DNA from: a virus
Virus record (IMG/VR): IMGVR_UViG_3300045988_127492
Location: 32,001-96,000 of that record
Length of the DNA stretch: 64,000 nucleotides
Reading direction: 5' to 3' (one strand)
The position numbers and the translations under genes are program-made. Shown here piece after piece: positions 36,852-46,720 of this stretch. The notes below the pieces were generated by a model. It ran no database searches, had not been told where the DNA came from, and worked only from the letters and a program-made list of their open reading frames with translations. Each line of letters opens with the position of its first letter. Within the stretch, counting starts at the first letter, position 1.

Positions 36852-37988
36852 CTATACATAATACGTTCCCTCCAACGCGATATCTTCCATAGTTATTTCT
36901 ACTTTGTTATCAAGTAGTTTTAATAGTGTTTCTTTGCCTTTATCGGTAGGCGCATCTTTGTAATCTAACAGTCCATCCTTATCCCATAAGATTGACACTT
37001 TACAGTAAGGAATAAGTGGACGTATCTTTTTAAATAATTTATTTTTATACAACTCACCGTCCCATCCATACGGATCTTTGTATTCTTTGTCAAAGCCTAA
37101 AATCAATTCTTCTATCTTCAAATAATCAAGTAATAGTTTGATTTGTTCATCTGAAATTTCACTGCCGCATACAGCTAAAGAAAAGTCATTGTCTCCAAAA
37201 TATGAATGATTCTGCATAACGCCTTTCTCAGACTCAAGTAGTAAGCACTTTCTGCAAGCCTTAATCTTGTTCTGATTAATATGAATACCATAAAGATTAT
37301 GTGATAGTTTATGACTCAGAAATTTTCCTTCTATATAAAGAGGCACATATTTTCCAATGTTTTCTACATCCTCTTCATCAAGATATCTTCCTCTTATACC
37401 AATAAGATTTTGATATCTATCTCTATGAGGAATGACTATCTGATTCGTATTACCCCAATAGGATATTTCAAATGTAGATAGTGTTTCTCTGGAGATATGA
37501 TCGTTCAAGAATACTTCATGCGGGGTATATTCAAACATTTCTAGTACATGTTCATCTATAGGCTCACAATCTGTAATATCTTTGGCTTTATTTTTACCAA
37601 ACTTCTTGAGCCACGACATATCACATATATGTTTTGGCTTTTCAATATGCTCTACAGCTTTCATATCTATTTGATTAGCAACATAAGAAACTGCCTGGTA
37701 CCATGTATAAGTAACTCCCTGCGTTCTCTTAGCTCTAATCACTAATTCAAAAATAGAGAATGATTCGCTACAAGACGTGTAGCAATGAAATGTTCTACCG
37801 GAATATTTGTCTGTCGGCTCATGATAGTAATAAAGCTTATAACTATCTCCACCATGACAAACTGTTTGAAAAATTAGATTTCCAGATGAATCTGTCCTAT
37901 ATCCATTAGATCCTAAACCAGTGACTATTTTGATTACTTGTTCTTTTGTAAGAGCCTTTAATATTGCATTTTTATCATAATAGGGCAT
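36852..37988 (-). CDS. DNA primase (CHC2 zinc finger + Toprim)
   Basis: CHGGDS...FHCYTSC zinc finger; Toprim-like ESEKGVMQ...GFDKE. Confidence 0.7.
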   Translation of the reverse strand: MPYYDKNAILKALTKEQVIKIVTGLGSNGYRTDSSGNLIFQTVCHGGDSYKLYYYHEPTDKYSGRTFHCYTSCSESFSIFELVIRAKRTQGVTYTWYQAVSYVANQIDMKAVEHIEKPKHICDMSWLKKFGKNKAKDITDCEPIDEHVLEMFEYTPHEVFLNDHISRETLSTFEISYWGNTNQIVIPHRDRYQNLIGIRGRYLDEEDVENIGKYVPLYIEGKFLSHKLSHNLYGIHINQNKIKACRKCLLLESEKGVMQNHSYFGDNDFSLAVCGSEISDEQIKLLLDYLKIEELILGFDKEYKDPYGWDGELYKNKLFKKIRPLIPYCKVSILWDKDGLLDYKDAPTDKGKETLLKLLDNKVEITMEDIALEGTYYV

Positions 37989-37997
37989 TTATCTCAC

Positions 37998-39614
37998 CTA
38001 AAAATCAAATGGTAAGGCCCCAAATAAAGTGCTCGTAGCTTCCTGTTGCTCATCATCAGTAATCTGGATATCATCAAGGCTCTCAGAATGTTCCTCAATT
38101 ACCTTTTCAATTTGAGCTACCGCTACTTCCGTTTCAATTAGGTTGTAATAGTTGTCTGTGATAAATAAATCTTTCGTTCTGCCAGTAGATAAATCAGCAT
38201 ATTGCCATAAACGAATTTTTGTCAGCTTTCCTCTTCGAACTTTGTAGATGTGTCTTACAAGATTAGGTGTTGGAACTCCATACATATTATGCATAAGTTT
38301 CTTTACGCACTCTAGCTCCGCACTCGATGGTCTCAATGAGATTTCACCTAAGTCAATTCTATCAGCCAAAGATTTTGCTCCTCGAAGCATTGTTTCATCT
38401 TTAATCTGACTATCTTTGTATGTTCCATTTAGCTGTGTCATCGTCAGAATAAAAATACCTAATTTCATAGCTAAATTTTTGAGAGTATCCATAAATAAGA
38501 ATAATGTCTGATCCTCTCTCAGTTTCATTCCCTTACTCATAGAAGCAACTTCTGCAATCAATTTAGCTGACATATGTATGTAATCGAATACGAAATAATG
38601 GCATCCTTTTTCTCTTTTATAGGTCTTTATGATATTTGATATATCTTCTATACCAAAATCATTTATAATCTCTATATACAAAGGATATGTAGAGATATAT
38701 TCAATAGCTTTATCTACTCGCTCCTCTTCGTCTCCTTCATATTCACCATCAAGAATCTTGTTCTCTGGAACTCCGGAAACGTATGCCATAATAATTGTCT
38801 GTACTTCATCTTCCTCTAACTCGGTAGAGATAAATAATGATGGTTCTTCACATCCGGTGTATATCCATTCTTTTTTATCTGTATCGTAGAAATAAGGAAT
38901 TGAAATATTACAAATATCTGCCAAAGCAGTTCTGGTTTTACCACCACCACTGTCTGCTGAACGAAGATAAACCTTTTTTAGTCTAGCTCCTCTGGCGATA
39001 GTAGTCATCATTGGACTTTGTAGAGGAATGCCAAACTCCGGTTCCTCTTTTAATCTTTCTTTCAACTCTTTCATTCCCTTACCAGCAAGCTGACCTCTTC
39101 TGGAAGAATCCATTCCATAAAGCATTTTAGCTTTTGTAATAAGTAAATCCTCTTCTTCCAGAATCATGTCATTTATTGAAGTCGCATCTAACTTAGCTGC
39201 TTGCTGCTCTTGTCTACTAGGGTCAATGATTGACTGATCGTAGATGTTTCTTATATCTACCCCACATGAATCCCAGTATCTCAAGAGACTGAATTTTTTC
39301 AAACGTTCAAGGTAATAACTGAAATTGTCCAACTCTGCCAATCGAATAGCATCATCACAATAATCAATCCCCTGATTGTCATTGAAAATCTTATATTGTT
39401 TCTCGTATCTTGAAAGAAAGCTATCTATAGCGAATGTATCTATAACCTCTACACCTTGGTTGTAGAGATTATATACACATGAAAACAATATTGCATAAAA
39501 CTGTTCTTCTTCAAAGTCGTATTGTGTAAGTGTATACTCTTCCAAAAGGGAAGGTTTTTTCATAATACATCCTAAACATTGAAGAGTGGCATGTTTGTCA
39601 ATTAGCATATTCAC
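37998..39614 (-). CDS. Replicative DNA helicase (DnaB-like)
   Basis: DnaB-type N-terminal domain, the SGGGKT P-loop, and a RecA-like C-terminal half. Confidence 0.7.
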   Translation of the reverse strand: MNMLIDKHATLQCLGCIMKKPSLLEEYTLTQYDFEEEQFYAILFSCVYNLYNQGVEVIDTFAIDSFLSRYEKQYKIFNDNQGIDYCDDAIRLAELDNFSYYLERLKKFSLLRYWDSCGVDIRNIYDQSIIDPSRQEQQAAKLDATSINDMILEEEDLLITKAKMLYGMDSSRRGQLAGKGMKELKERLKEEPEFGIPLQSPMMTTIARGARLKKVYLRSADSGGGKTRTALADICNISIPYFYDTDKKEWIYTGCEEPSLFISTELEEDEVQTIIMAYVSGVPENKILDGEYEGDEEERVDKAIEYISTYPLYIEIINDFGIEDISNIIKTYKREKGCHYFVFDYIHMSAKLIAEVASMSKGMKLREDQTLFLFMDTLKNLAMKLGIFILTMTQLNGTYKDSQIKDETMLRGAKSLADRIDLGEISLRPSSAELECVKKLMHNMYGVPTPNLVRHIYKVRRGKLTKIRLWQYADLSTGRTKDLFITDNYYNLIETEVAVAQIEKVIEEHSESLDDIQITDDEQQEATSTLFGALPFDF

Positions 39615-40204
39615 TCTCCTATTTTGCTTATGTCAATCAAATCTACGTCTTTCTTTTTAGGTGATACTTTTATATATTTCTTCTTATACAGCTTATCCAA
39701 GCTTACTTTTGAAGACTCTATACTATCTAATTGGGTATAGAATGCTTGAGCCTGATCATAATACCAAGGGATCAATCCAACAATATCACTATCTTCCTCT
39801 TTCCTGACCTCTAATCCAACTATAGAAAAGCAGTAGTCTAAGGTCTGTTCCATTCCTTCCCAAGTAAACTCTTCGTACATTTTCTTATACTTATAAGCTA
39901 TTGCTGAACTTTTAGCTGTACATTTTCCCTGTATCTGTTCCACTTTATTAAAAAATTTCTCAGCAGCTTGCGCTTCTGATTCTGGTACTGCTTCTGGGAT
40001 TGTGGGGAGAGCACTTTGTTTCAGCGCTCTCTCATATTGTTCCCTTTGTTTTTTAGTCAGCTTATCATTCTCGATTTTCTCTTTTTCTTTCTTGATTTTT
40101 TTATCAAGACAAGCTTTATGGTAGTATCTCGTTTTTATATGAATAGCTTTAGAAGCAAGTACATTTTTATGGCATACAGGGCAAATATACATTGCCCTTG
40201 GCAT
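39611..40204 (-). CDS. Hypothetical protein with an N-terminal zinc-finger-like motif (possible replication accessory)
   Basis: CPVCHK...HKAC motif; lies upstream of the helicase and is translationally coupled to it. Confidence 0.45.
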   Translation of the reverse strand: MPRAMYICPVCHKNVLASKAIHIKTRYYHKACLDKKIKKEKEKIENDKLTKKQREQYERALKQSALPTIPEAVPESEAQAAEKFFNKVEQIQGKCTAKSSAIAYKYKKMYEEFTWEGMEQTLDYCFSIVGLEVRKEEDSDIVGLIPWYYDQAQAFYTQLDSIESSKVSLDKLYKKKYIKVSPKKKDVDLIDISKIGE

Positions 40205-41202
40205 CAGGCAACTCCTAATTCAGCGCAAGCATCTTTGATGTCTTCGAGAATAATGCTCATAGCCTCAGTCTGCTTTTTAGTACACTGAGATACTTTCTTT
40301 CCAACACCAAGAGTCTGTTCTACAATGTCTGTCAGTGTTTCCATGTGATCAGAAGTTGCTAATTTTCCTCCCCAAACAGCAATTTCTTCCTGAAGCTGTT
40401 CAAAGGACATAGTTTCTTTCTCTTCGTACATGGACTGCTGCTCATCATAAGATACAGATTTAATACCATCTGCTTCTTCCTGTTTAGTAATTGCATCAGA
40501 GATTGCCTTCTCTAAATTGTCTGCTGTAAATTCTTCAATCTTCGTTACCATGAAGTCATATCTTGAACGAGCGAAAAATTTATCAGTCTGTGCAAAATAG
40601 GCGGAAGATTTAATCACATGACCTTCCTCATCTACGCCGTTCGGTTCAAGATAGGCTACTACATCGCAGTTGTCTACGATTGGCTTAATGCAACGTTTGT
40701 CTCCTTTTGGCTGAATAAAGCCATCTTTTTCGTCTGCATGAGCAACGAATACTACTGTATACCCAGAGGTTACTAATTTCTGAATCTGCTCCCAATAAAT
40801 ACGTTCATAAATCTGATAAAGATTTACTTTACTGTTTTCATTGGCTCCGAGAGAAATGCATCCTCCACCGTATGTATCACATACGAATTTCTGGCAAAAC
40901 AGGGATGAAGCATATACTTCGTCAATAACGATGGTAGAATAAATTGCTTTAGCTCTTTCTACTGTCTTAGGATCGGTAAGCTCTTTGATGTACTTAGTGA
41001 ACATTCTCCAGTTATTAATCATTTTATGTTTAACCCCTGCCTGGGCACCCAATCCATTTTCACACATGAAGAACAAAGCATTCTTCATTTTTGCGCAGTT
41101 ATAAGTTTTACCTGTGTTATTGGTTCCATAGAGCATAATTACTTTTCCTTCAAGACCATGTGCTACAACACTTACTTCTGGTTCAAAAATACTATCTGTC
41201 AT
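40204..41202 (-). CDS. AAA_24 / Sak4-like RecA-fold ATPase
   Basis: IMLYGTNNTGKTY (Walker A) and TIVIDEV (Walker B); sits in the recombination module. Confidence 0.6.
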   Translation of the reverse strand: MTDSIFEPEVSVVAHGLEGKVIMLYGTNNTGKTYNCAKMKNALFFMCENGLGAQAGVKHKMINNWRMFTKYIKELTDPKTVERAKAIYSTIVIDEVYASSLFCQKFVCDTYGGGCISLGANENSKVNLYQIYERIYWEQIQKLVTSGYTVVFVAHADEKDGFIQPKGDKRCIKPIVDNCDVVAYLEPNGVDEEGHVIKSSAYFAQTDKFFARSRYDFMVTKIEEFTADNLEKAISDAITKQEEADGIKSVSYDEQQSMYEEKETMSFEQLQEEIAVWGGKLATSDHMETLTDIVEQTLGVGKKVSQCTKKQTEAMSIILEDIKDACAELGVA

Positions 41203-41255
41203 GTATAGTCTCCTTTATATTTGTTCTTTTAGGTTTTACAAAATGGTTTATAGAA

Positions 41256-42176
41256 TTAAAAATTAGGAAGTTTCGGTCTAGCTTTAGTTGTTGCAGCAGA
41301 GTTTCCTGTCTCTGGCTGTTTAGCTTTTGCTTTCTCTTCTTCCAGACGAACTTCTCTATCAGTAATTGCCTGAGAAATTGCACTAAGATCATATGGTTCT
41401 GGAGTCGGTGTTTCACTATCTTCACCATATGCATCAGATGCATTGGTAATAATCATTTCGTTTTTGTAAATAGTTTTCTTTTCGAATCTTGGTTTTCCAA
41501 TTTTTACAGGAATCTCTTTTGTGATTTCTGCACGACTATTTACAATATCGCCATAGAATTTAACAGTCTGATTCGGTGCATAATCATCTAAGATTGCTTC
41601 TGCAATTCCATCTTCTGCCGGAGCAATCAGAGTCATTGGTTCAATACCTGAGTATGTAGGAACCCATCCTTTTACAACAACTCTACCTGTCTCTTCTCCT
41701 CTATTTTCACCAGTTGTATAAAGCTCTGGAGTAATAGAAGCAATTGCCATTTCTATTTCAAACCAAGCGTGAGGCTCAAATTTCTCTGGATCTCCATCAT
41801 AACGATTGAAGAACATTGTCTGATAAGAAACACCCACATGTACCTGTTTGTCTCTCCCAACATAGGAACGAGGTCTAATCTGTCCATTAGTAACAATTAC
41901 TCTTGTAGCAGCATCTTTACCAACTTTAGCAATAGATTGATATTCTCTCATTACTGTTTCAATTCCTGCATAGCAACCATTATCTGTACCATCATTCTTT
42001 TTCTCATTGACGTACTCTCTAAAAGTTACAAAGTTAATATCTCCTGTCTGTATAGTAATATCTCCACTAATAACTTTTTTCCCGTCTCTCACTGACTCTT
42101 CCAGTGTGTTTTCGCTTACAATACCAACTACTTCTACTTTTGAATCTGCCTGTCTTAAGTTTGTTTTTTCGTTCAT
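41256..42176 (-). CDS. Putative single-stranded DNA-binding protein
   Basis: Position next to the Sak4-like ATPase, and a C-terminal ...KLPNF tail reminiscent of SSB tips. Weak call. Confidence 0.35.
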   Translation of the reverse strand: MNEKTNLRQADSKVEVVGIVSENTLEESVRDGKKVISGDITIQTGDINFVTFREYVNEKKNDGTDNGCYAGIETVMREYQSIAKVGKDAATRVIVTNGQIRPRSYVGRDKQVHVGVSYQTMFFNRYDGDPEKFEPHAWFEIEMAIASITPELYTTGENRGEETGRVVVKGWVPTYSGIEPMTLIAPAEDGIAEAILDDYAPNQTVKFYGDIVNSRAEITKEIPVKIGKPRFEKKTIYKNEMIITNASDAYGEDSETPTPEPYDLSAISQAITDREVRLEEEKAKAKQPETGNSAATTKARPKLPNF

Positions 42177-42242
42177 AAATAATGTCTCCTCTTTATAAAT
42201 AATATTATTTGGTATATTGATAAGCGTTCATAGTTGAACGAC

Positions 42243-42416
42243 TTATTCACTAAATCTCATGCTGATCTCATCTAAGTATTTTTCATCTGATGGATTAGCA
42301 AATCTAATAATTGTATATGTACCTCTGCACTCTGGACATTTATTATTTTTTCTTTCACTCCATTCAAATACTGAAGCACAACGAGTGCACTGGCATAATG
42401 TTGTTCTTGTCTCCAT
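42243..42416 (-). CDS. Zinc-ribbon small protein (57 aa, below the ORF-track cut-off)
   Basis: METRTTLCQCTRC...CPEC; AAGGGGG RBS. Confidence 0.45.
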   Translation of the reverse strand: METRTTLCQCTRCASVFEWSERKNNKCPECRGTYTIIRFANPSDEKYLDEISMRFSE

Positions 42417-42427
42417 CTCAAGCCCCC

Positions 42428-43189
42428 TTATTCAAAAATACTTCCACTAATGCCTAGTGCATCAGCTAGCAATGATTTCAGAGGTTCTGATGGATTCTGA
42501 TCGTTCAACCATCCTAAATAACTATCTGGAATATTGGAGAGTAGTTCTCCTTTATATTTGCCGAATGGCATAAGATATGTTTCTGGCGTAGGTTTGAACT
42601 CCTCAATAAGTTCTTCTACTTCAGTTTCATCAAAAGATACGGTCAAATCCTTTCTTGAAGCTAAGTAATCTGCTAAGTGAACTATCATCTGACCTTTTGT
42701 TTCTGGTAGTGGTAGGTCATCTTTGCTTCTTTTATCAGTATTCCACTGCCCCATGTGTGAGGCACAACAATCTGCAATATAATCTAATTCTTCATCTGGC
42801 AACCATTCATATCCCTTGTAAGCTTTTACTCTCTCAGCTATAAGTAAAGGATGTTTGAATAAAGTATACTGACTGCCATTACGTCCTAGTTTTTCATCAT
42901 CATGATTCATAATTGCCGTTCGTAATAAGTCTCTTTCCCTTGATGTGAACAGGTTCTTTATACAGTCAATAGCTAACATATGATTTAAAAATCTAGTTGC
43001 TCCTTTTACATGTTTGGCAAGTCCCATAAATCCAACTGTATAATCAGGGTGGTATTTATTCGTACTTGAAGCAGACACTTGCCAGAAATATGTAGGTGCA
43101 GTCTCTAATAATTCAATACAAAATTCTTGGATATCATCGTTTTCAAACAGCTCTAGCTCTTCCTTAAAAAATCTCTCTGCTAATGTCAT
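42428..43189 (-). CDS. HD-domain phosphohydrolase with a DUF3820-like C-terminus
   Basis: KYHPDY...NHDDEK (the H...HD...D pattern). C-terminal MPFGKYKGELLSNIPDSYLGWL. Confidence 0.55.
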   Translation of the reverse strand: MTLAERFFKEELELFENDDIQEFCIELLETAPTYFWQVSASSTNKYHPDYTVGFMGLAKHVKGATRFLNHMLAIDCIKNLFTSRERDLLRTAIMNHDDEKLGRNGSQYTLFKHPLLIAERVKAYKGYEWLPDEELDYIADCCASHMGQWNTDKRSKDDLPLPETKGQMIVHLADYLASRKDLTVSFDETEVEELIEEFKPTPETYLMPFGKYKGELLSNIPDSYLGWLNDQNPSEPLKSLLADALGISGSIFE

Positions 43190-44481
43190 ACAGCTTCCTC
43201 CTCAATAATTTCTTGTGCTTCTTCCATATCTGGTGCATCAGAGGAATCTTTGATCAATCCTTCAAGAACCTTGAAAGTGAAGTTCTTGTGTTTATAAGCT
43301 TTAAAGCTGCTTCTATTATCAATTCTTACAACTACACCTTCTCTAACATGTGTCGCTCCTATTGGATCAGGCCCGTCATAGTATTTCTCTACTCGAGCCA
43401 TTAAGTCTTCCTTAGTAGTAAACAAGAATTTGTCAAATTCAGGTACGTGTTCTACTGCTAAACGATTACACCAATTCTTTACTTCTTCCCACGGAATCTC
43501 TGTTACAACTCCGTCTTCATTGGTCATGGTCATTCTATAGACATAAATATCAGAAGTGCCTGGTGTACATCCATAAGAGAATATTGTTTCATCTCCGTAA
43601 AGTTTTCTAACCTCTTTATCTTTGATTTTAGTATTAGAGCAAGTTCCCATAATAGTCTGATCGGTTCCATCAACCCATCCTACTATTTCATAGAATATTT
43701 CCATTCCTTTAGGGAGTCTGCTAGAAAAGTAATCATGATATTTTTCTCTAAATTTATTAGATCCATAATATCCACCCTCATATTCTTCTAACACAACTCT
43801 TCTCGTACCAGAAACAGGCTTCCATCCTTTAATGATAGGTGCTGGTTTATGGAATAACTTCTGTAAGAAAGTTCTCTTGCCCTCAGTGACTTTAATAGAG
43901 TTTCCGGTACGACCTGATGTTCCATGCATTTTTAAAGTAATGTAGCAAGTGTCTCCTGGTTTAAAGGCATCAAGATTATAAGCTAATTGCTCTGTATCTA
44001 CATGTTCCATAAAATATGGGAAGTTGTCTTTTAGATTTTTACTTTTATGTTTTGGATAATTAGACTTTCTATGATTTGATTTAGGAATATATTTTTGACA
44101 GATAACAGTACCATCAAGTACAGTAATTTGATCGCCTAAAGATAATTCATCTACATTTGTCCATTTATTAAGGGATTCTACGGGTAATACTAATCCTTCT
44201 GATTTCTCACCTCGAAGTCTCATTGCTTTGATGTTTCTTTTTACAGGATCAAGATACCCACCTGTAGTTGTCCCATCTTCGTTTTTAATACGCAGTAAGT
44301 TGTTTTCTTTTGCAAATTCTTCACCAAGCTGTCCGTCAACCGGGAAGAACACAACTTTCTGCCCTTCGTAATAACTTAAATCAACAATAACCGTATTTCC
44401 AAAGACGGTCGCAAGCTGGAGCCTATCAGCATTGTTGTGTTTACGAAGTTGCTTTAGCTCAGTAATGTAAGCGCAATACAT
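43186..44481 (-). CDS. RNA ligase, DraRnl/Rnl5-like (N-terminal OB domain + adenylyltransferase)
   Basis: ITLKMHGTSGR is a motif I K-x-H-G nucleotidyltransferase lysine. The N-terminal domain ADRLQLATVFGNTVIV...GEKSEGLVLP is as in DRB0094-type ligases. Confidence 0.6.
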   Translation of the reverse strand: MYCAYITELKQLRKHNNADRLQLATVFGNTVIVDLSYYEGQKVVFFPVDGQLGEEFAKENNLLRIKNEDGTTTGGYLDPVKRNIKAMRLRGEKSEGLVLPVESLNKWTNVDELSLGDQITVLDGTVICQKYIPKSNHRKSNYPKHKSKNLKDNFPYFMEHVDTEQLAYNLDAFKPGDTCYITLKMHGTSGRTGNSIKVTEGKRTFLQKLFHKPAPIIKGWKPVSGTRRVVLEEYEGGYYGSNKFREKYHDYFSSRLPKGMEIFYEIVGWVDGTDQTIMGTCSNTKIKDKEVRKLYGDETIFSYGCTPGTSDIYVYRMTMTNEDGVVTEIPWEEVKNWCNRLAVEHVPEFDKFLFTTKEDLMARVEKYYDGPDPIGATHVREGVVVRIDNRSSFKAYKHKNFTFKVLEGLIKDSSDAPDMEEAQEIIEEEAV

Positions 44482-44636
44482 TAAGTATTGAATACCTCTT
44501 TCTCACTCATAATTCTTTTGCACAGACCAATTACATCTGTGTTACCTCCTTTTACTTCGTTGTATATTTGTGTAACCCCATAAAGTTTTCCTATGTGAAA
44601 ACCTTTATTGTATGTATCTGTAATTTTCTTTTTCAT
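44481..44636 (-). CDS. Small hypothetical protein (51 aa)
   Basis: Its stop overlaps the ligase start (TAATG). Weak RBS. Confidence 0.3.
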   Translation of the reverse strand: MKKKITDTYNKGFHIGKLYGVTQIYNEVKGGNTDVIGLCKRIMSEKEVFNT

Positions 44637-44647
44637 TCTCTTCTTAG

Positions 44648-44827
44648 TTATAAACACACGGTTCCTCCTACTGTTATATTTTCAACAGCTATGATAGTTG
44701 TTGTTGCAGAGATAAGAGCTATAATTATTAATAATATGAACCAATGCAATGTCTTCATTTTTATTTTTGCAGCAAATATCCCTAATACAGCCCAACATAC
44801 CAAGTTTAAAATTCGCATTGTACTCAT
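44648..44827 (-). CDS. Small membrane protein (59 aa, two hydrophobic segments)
   Basis: ATGA overlap with the upstream gene. Sequence MSTMRILNLVCWAVLGIFAAK...WFILLIIIALISATTTIIAV. Confidence 0.4.
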   Translation of the reverse strand: MSTMRILNLVCWAVLGIFAAKIKMKTLHWFILLIIIALISATTTIIAVENITVGGTVCL

Positions 44828-45057
44828 AAAGCACCCCCATCTCTTATATAATCTTCATATATAAAATCAGTTGTAGTTTCTATATCGTCGTGCAGTGTTT
44901 CTTCTGGGTAATAAACAAGAGAATCTATTATATAAGAAGTCATAACTAAATTTGATGCTTTACTGTCTGACAACTGATATTTTCTTTTTAATGTATCTTT
45001 TAATGCCTTAATATAGCTCTTGGCACTTTCTGTAAGTTTTAATGTGTCTGCTATCAT
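44824..45057 (-). CDS. Hypothetical protein
   Basis: 77-aa ORF whose ends overlap both neighbours. Confidence 0.45.
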   Translation of the reverse strand: MIADTLKLTESAKSYIKALKDTLKRKYQLSDSKASNLVMTSYIIDSLVYYPEETLHDDIETTTDFIYEDYIRDGGAL

Positions 45058-45791
45058 GCAATCCTCACAATCTGGTCATATAAAAGCAAATCTTTTGTTG
45101 TTATAGCTTTGCTGTCATGATAATGGCCAAACAGCCAACGTCCATAATCAACATTGCATTTTATTTCTTCAAAATAATCAGTTAATTTATCCGGTTTATA
45201 AAGTCCATGTGATAACAATGCTGCTGTAGAAGATGCAGTACAATGTGTGAGAATAAAATCTACTTTATTACCATTCTTTGCCAAGTTCCTTATGCCTTCA
45301 TCCATTTCATCCTGATTTGGCATTTCTCTTTCCCACCAAGATATATGATTGATTCGGTACATTTTATCTGGATCATCTCTCCATTCTTTTACTCTTGGAT
45401 CGTCAATCTCTAATACTCCATCTGAAATATCATGACTGGCAGCTCCACCAAAAGTAAAAAATTTTAAACCGTCTATATCAAATATCTGTCCTCTCATAAG
45501 ATGAATTATAGATGGCTTAATAAAATGTACCTTGCCACCATGCCATTCTTTTACCGGATAAGCATCTAATATATCGTAACATTCATGATTACCGTCAATA
45601 AAGAGTGTAGTAAAGTTTCTCTCTTCAAGCCAATTCAGATACCATCTCTGTTGTGGCGTATCTCTCCATATTCCAAAATCTCCAAGAACTATCACATAAT
45701 CATCTTTTGTCATTTCCTTTTGTTCTGGGAAAGAGTCCATATTGACTCTATGAACCCAATCCCCATGCGTATCTCCAGTTACCCAAATCAA
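45054..45791 (-). CDS. Calcineurin-like metallophosphoesterase
   Basis: The TTG start at 45791 follows GGAGGTGG and overlaps the upstream stop (TTGA). Motifs VTGDTHGD, LGDFG, GNHE and GHYH. Confidence 0.75.
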   Translation of the reverse strand: MIWVTGDTHGDWVHRVNMDSFPEQKEMTKDDYVIVLGDFGIWRDTPQQRWYLNWLEERNFTTLFIDGNHECYDILDAYPVKEWHGGKVHFIKPSIIHLMRGQIFDIDGLKFFTFGGAASHDISDGVLEIDDPRVKEWRDDPDKMYRINHISWWEREMPNQDEMDEGIRNLAKNGNKVDFILTHCTASSTAALLSHGLYKPDKLTDYFEEIKCNVDYGRWLFGHYHDSKAITTKDLLLYDQIVRIA

Positions 45792-46033
45792 TCCCACCAC
45801 CTCCAACAATATGTAGTGATTGAAAAACCAATAAGAAGAATTAAATAAGCAACAGGGATTGCAAACAACATTTTTATTAATGAAACTAATAAGATAGACC
45901 AATTAAATGTCTTAGTTGCCAGTGCGTCCAATATTCTTATTATAGAAAGAAGTAATAGTTTCCATCCGCCTACATACATAGCTCCAAAGACTCCACCTGC
46001 AGCAGAAATCCATCCTATAATTTGCTTAATCAC
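45788..46033 (-). CDS. Membrane protein
   Basis: Three hydrophobic segments. Confidence 0.45.
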   Translation of the reverse strand: MIKQIIGWISAAGGVFGAMYVGGWKLLLLSIIRILDALATKTFNWSILLVSLIKMLFAIPVAYLILLIGFSITTYCWRWWD

Positions 46034-46392
46034 TTAACTCCTCCTAAACTAACAATCCACTTTTTTACTTTTCCATTATCATAGGTTTTAGTGATTAGTG
46101 TAGCCTGAACAGTTTCACCAATTCTTCCATGGTACTTTTTATATGTATCTGAGTCTGTTAATGAATATTCAACACCATCATAATTAACAGTTATTTCGTA
46201 TTCAGCATAATCTGTGTATAATTGAGGTTTCCCAGCGATAAACGTAATATGACTTTCTTCTGGTTTATAGTATTCATTTGTAATAGTTGCCTTTACAGTT
46301 TCAGTTTTCTTATTAATACACTTAGTACATCCAGTTAATGTTGAAATGCTTACTAACAAGACTCCTAAAATGTTAATAAATTTCTTTTTCAT
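46030..46392 (-). CDS. Lipoprotein
   Basis: Signal peptide with the lipobox LTGC. Confidence 0.6.
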   Translation of the reverse strand: MKKKFINILGVLLVSISTLTGCTKCINKKTETVKATITNEYYKPEESHITFIAGKPQLYTDYAEYEITVNYDGVEYSLTDSDTYKKYHGRIGETVQATLITKTYDNGKVKKWIVSLGGVK

Positions 46393-46577
46393 AGTTTTAT
46401 ACCTGTATTAGAACTTGGTGTTACATTAGTTAAAGTCCAATCTTTTTGATCTCCATAAGGATAAGGGCTATATTTTACAACATTATCCTCAGTAGTCTCT
46501 GTTCTTGTTGTTTCTTCAATAAGATGACCTTCCTTGTCATATTTCTTAGTTGTTTCAGTAACCGTAGTTTTTGTCAT
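46389..46577 (-). CDS. Small Thr/Glu-rich hypothetical protein
   Basis: The ATG at 46577 follows AAGGAGGACAGT. Confidence 0.45.
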   Translation of the reverse strand: MTKTTVTETTKKYDKEGHLIEETTRTETTEDNVVKYSPYPYGDQKDWTLTNVTPSSNTGIKL

Positions 46578-46592
46578 ACTGTCCTCCTTATA

Positions 46593-46621
46593 TTGACAAA
46601 TCACCTCACCTAAAGTACAAT
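46593..46621 (+). promoter_or_regulatory. Near-consensus sigma-A-type promoter on the + strand
   Basis: TTGACA (46593-46598), a 17-nt spacer, then TACAAT (46616-46621). Confidence 0.5.
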
Positions 46622-46720
46622 ATACTTACCGGTCCCAGAGTGGATTCGGGTGAGGATCTTCTGAATGGGTAATGTGACATGGGACCGTTCCACACATTAT
46701 TTTTGAAGGAGGTGTTGCCT

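Noticed and set aside
41160-41591. Antisense ORFs inside long, well-supported genes: 41160..41591, 32868..33290, 46949..47269, 51642..51971, 52041..52409, 53619..53984, 58198..58476 and 62415..62738.
   Set aside because: They have low-complexity or Phe/Ser/Leu/Ile-rich composition typical of the reverse frames of AT-rich genes, no RBS, and each is fully nested within a gene that has clear domain motifs.
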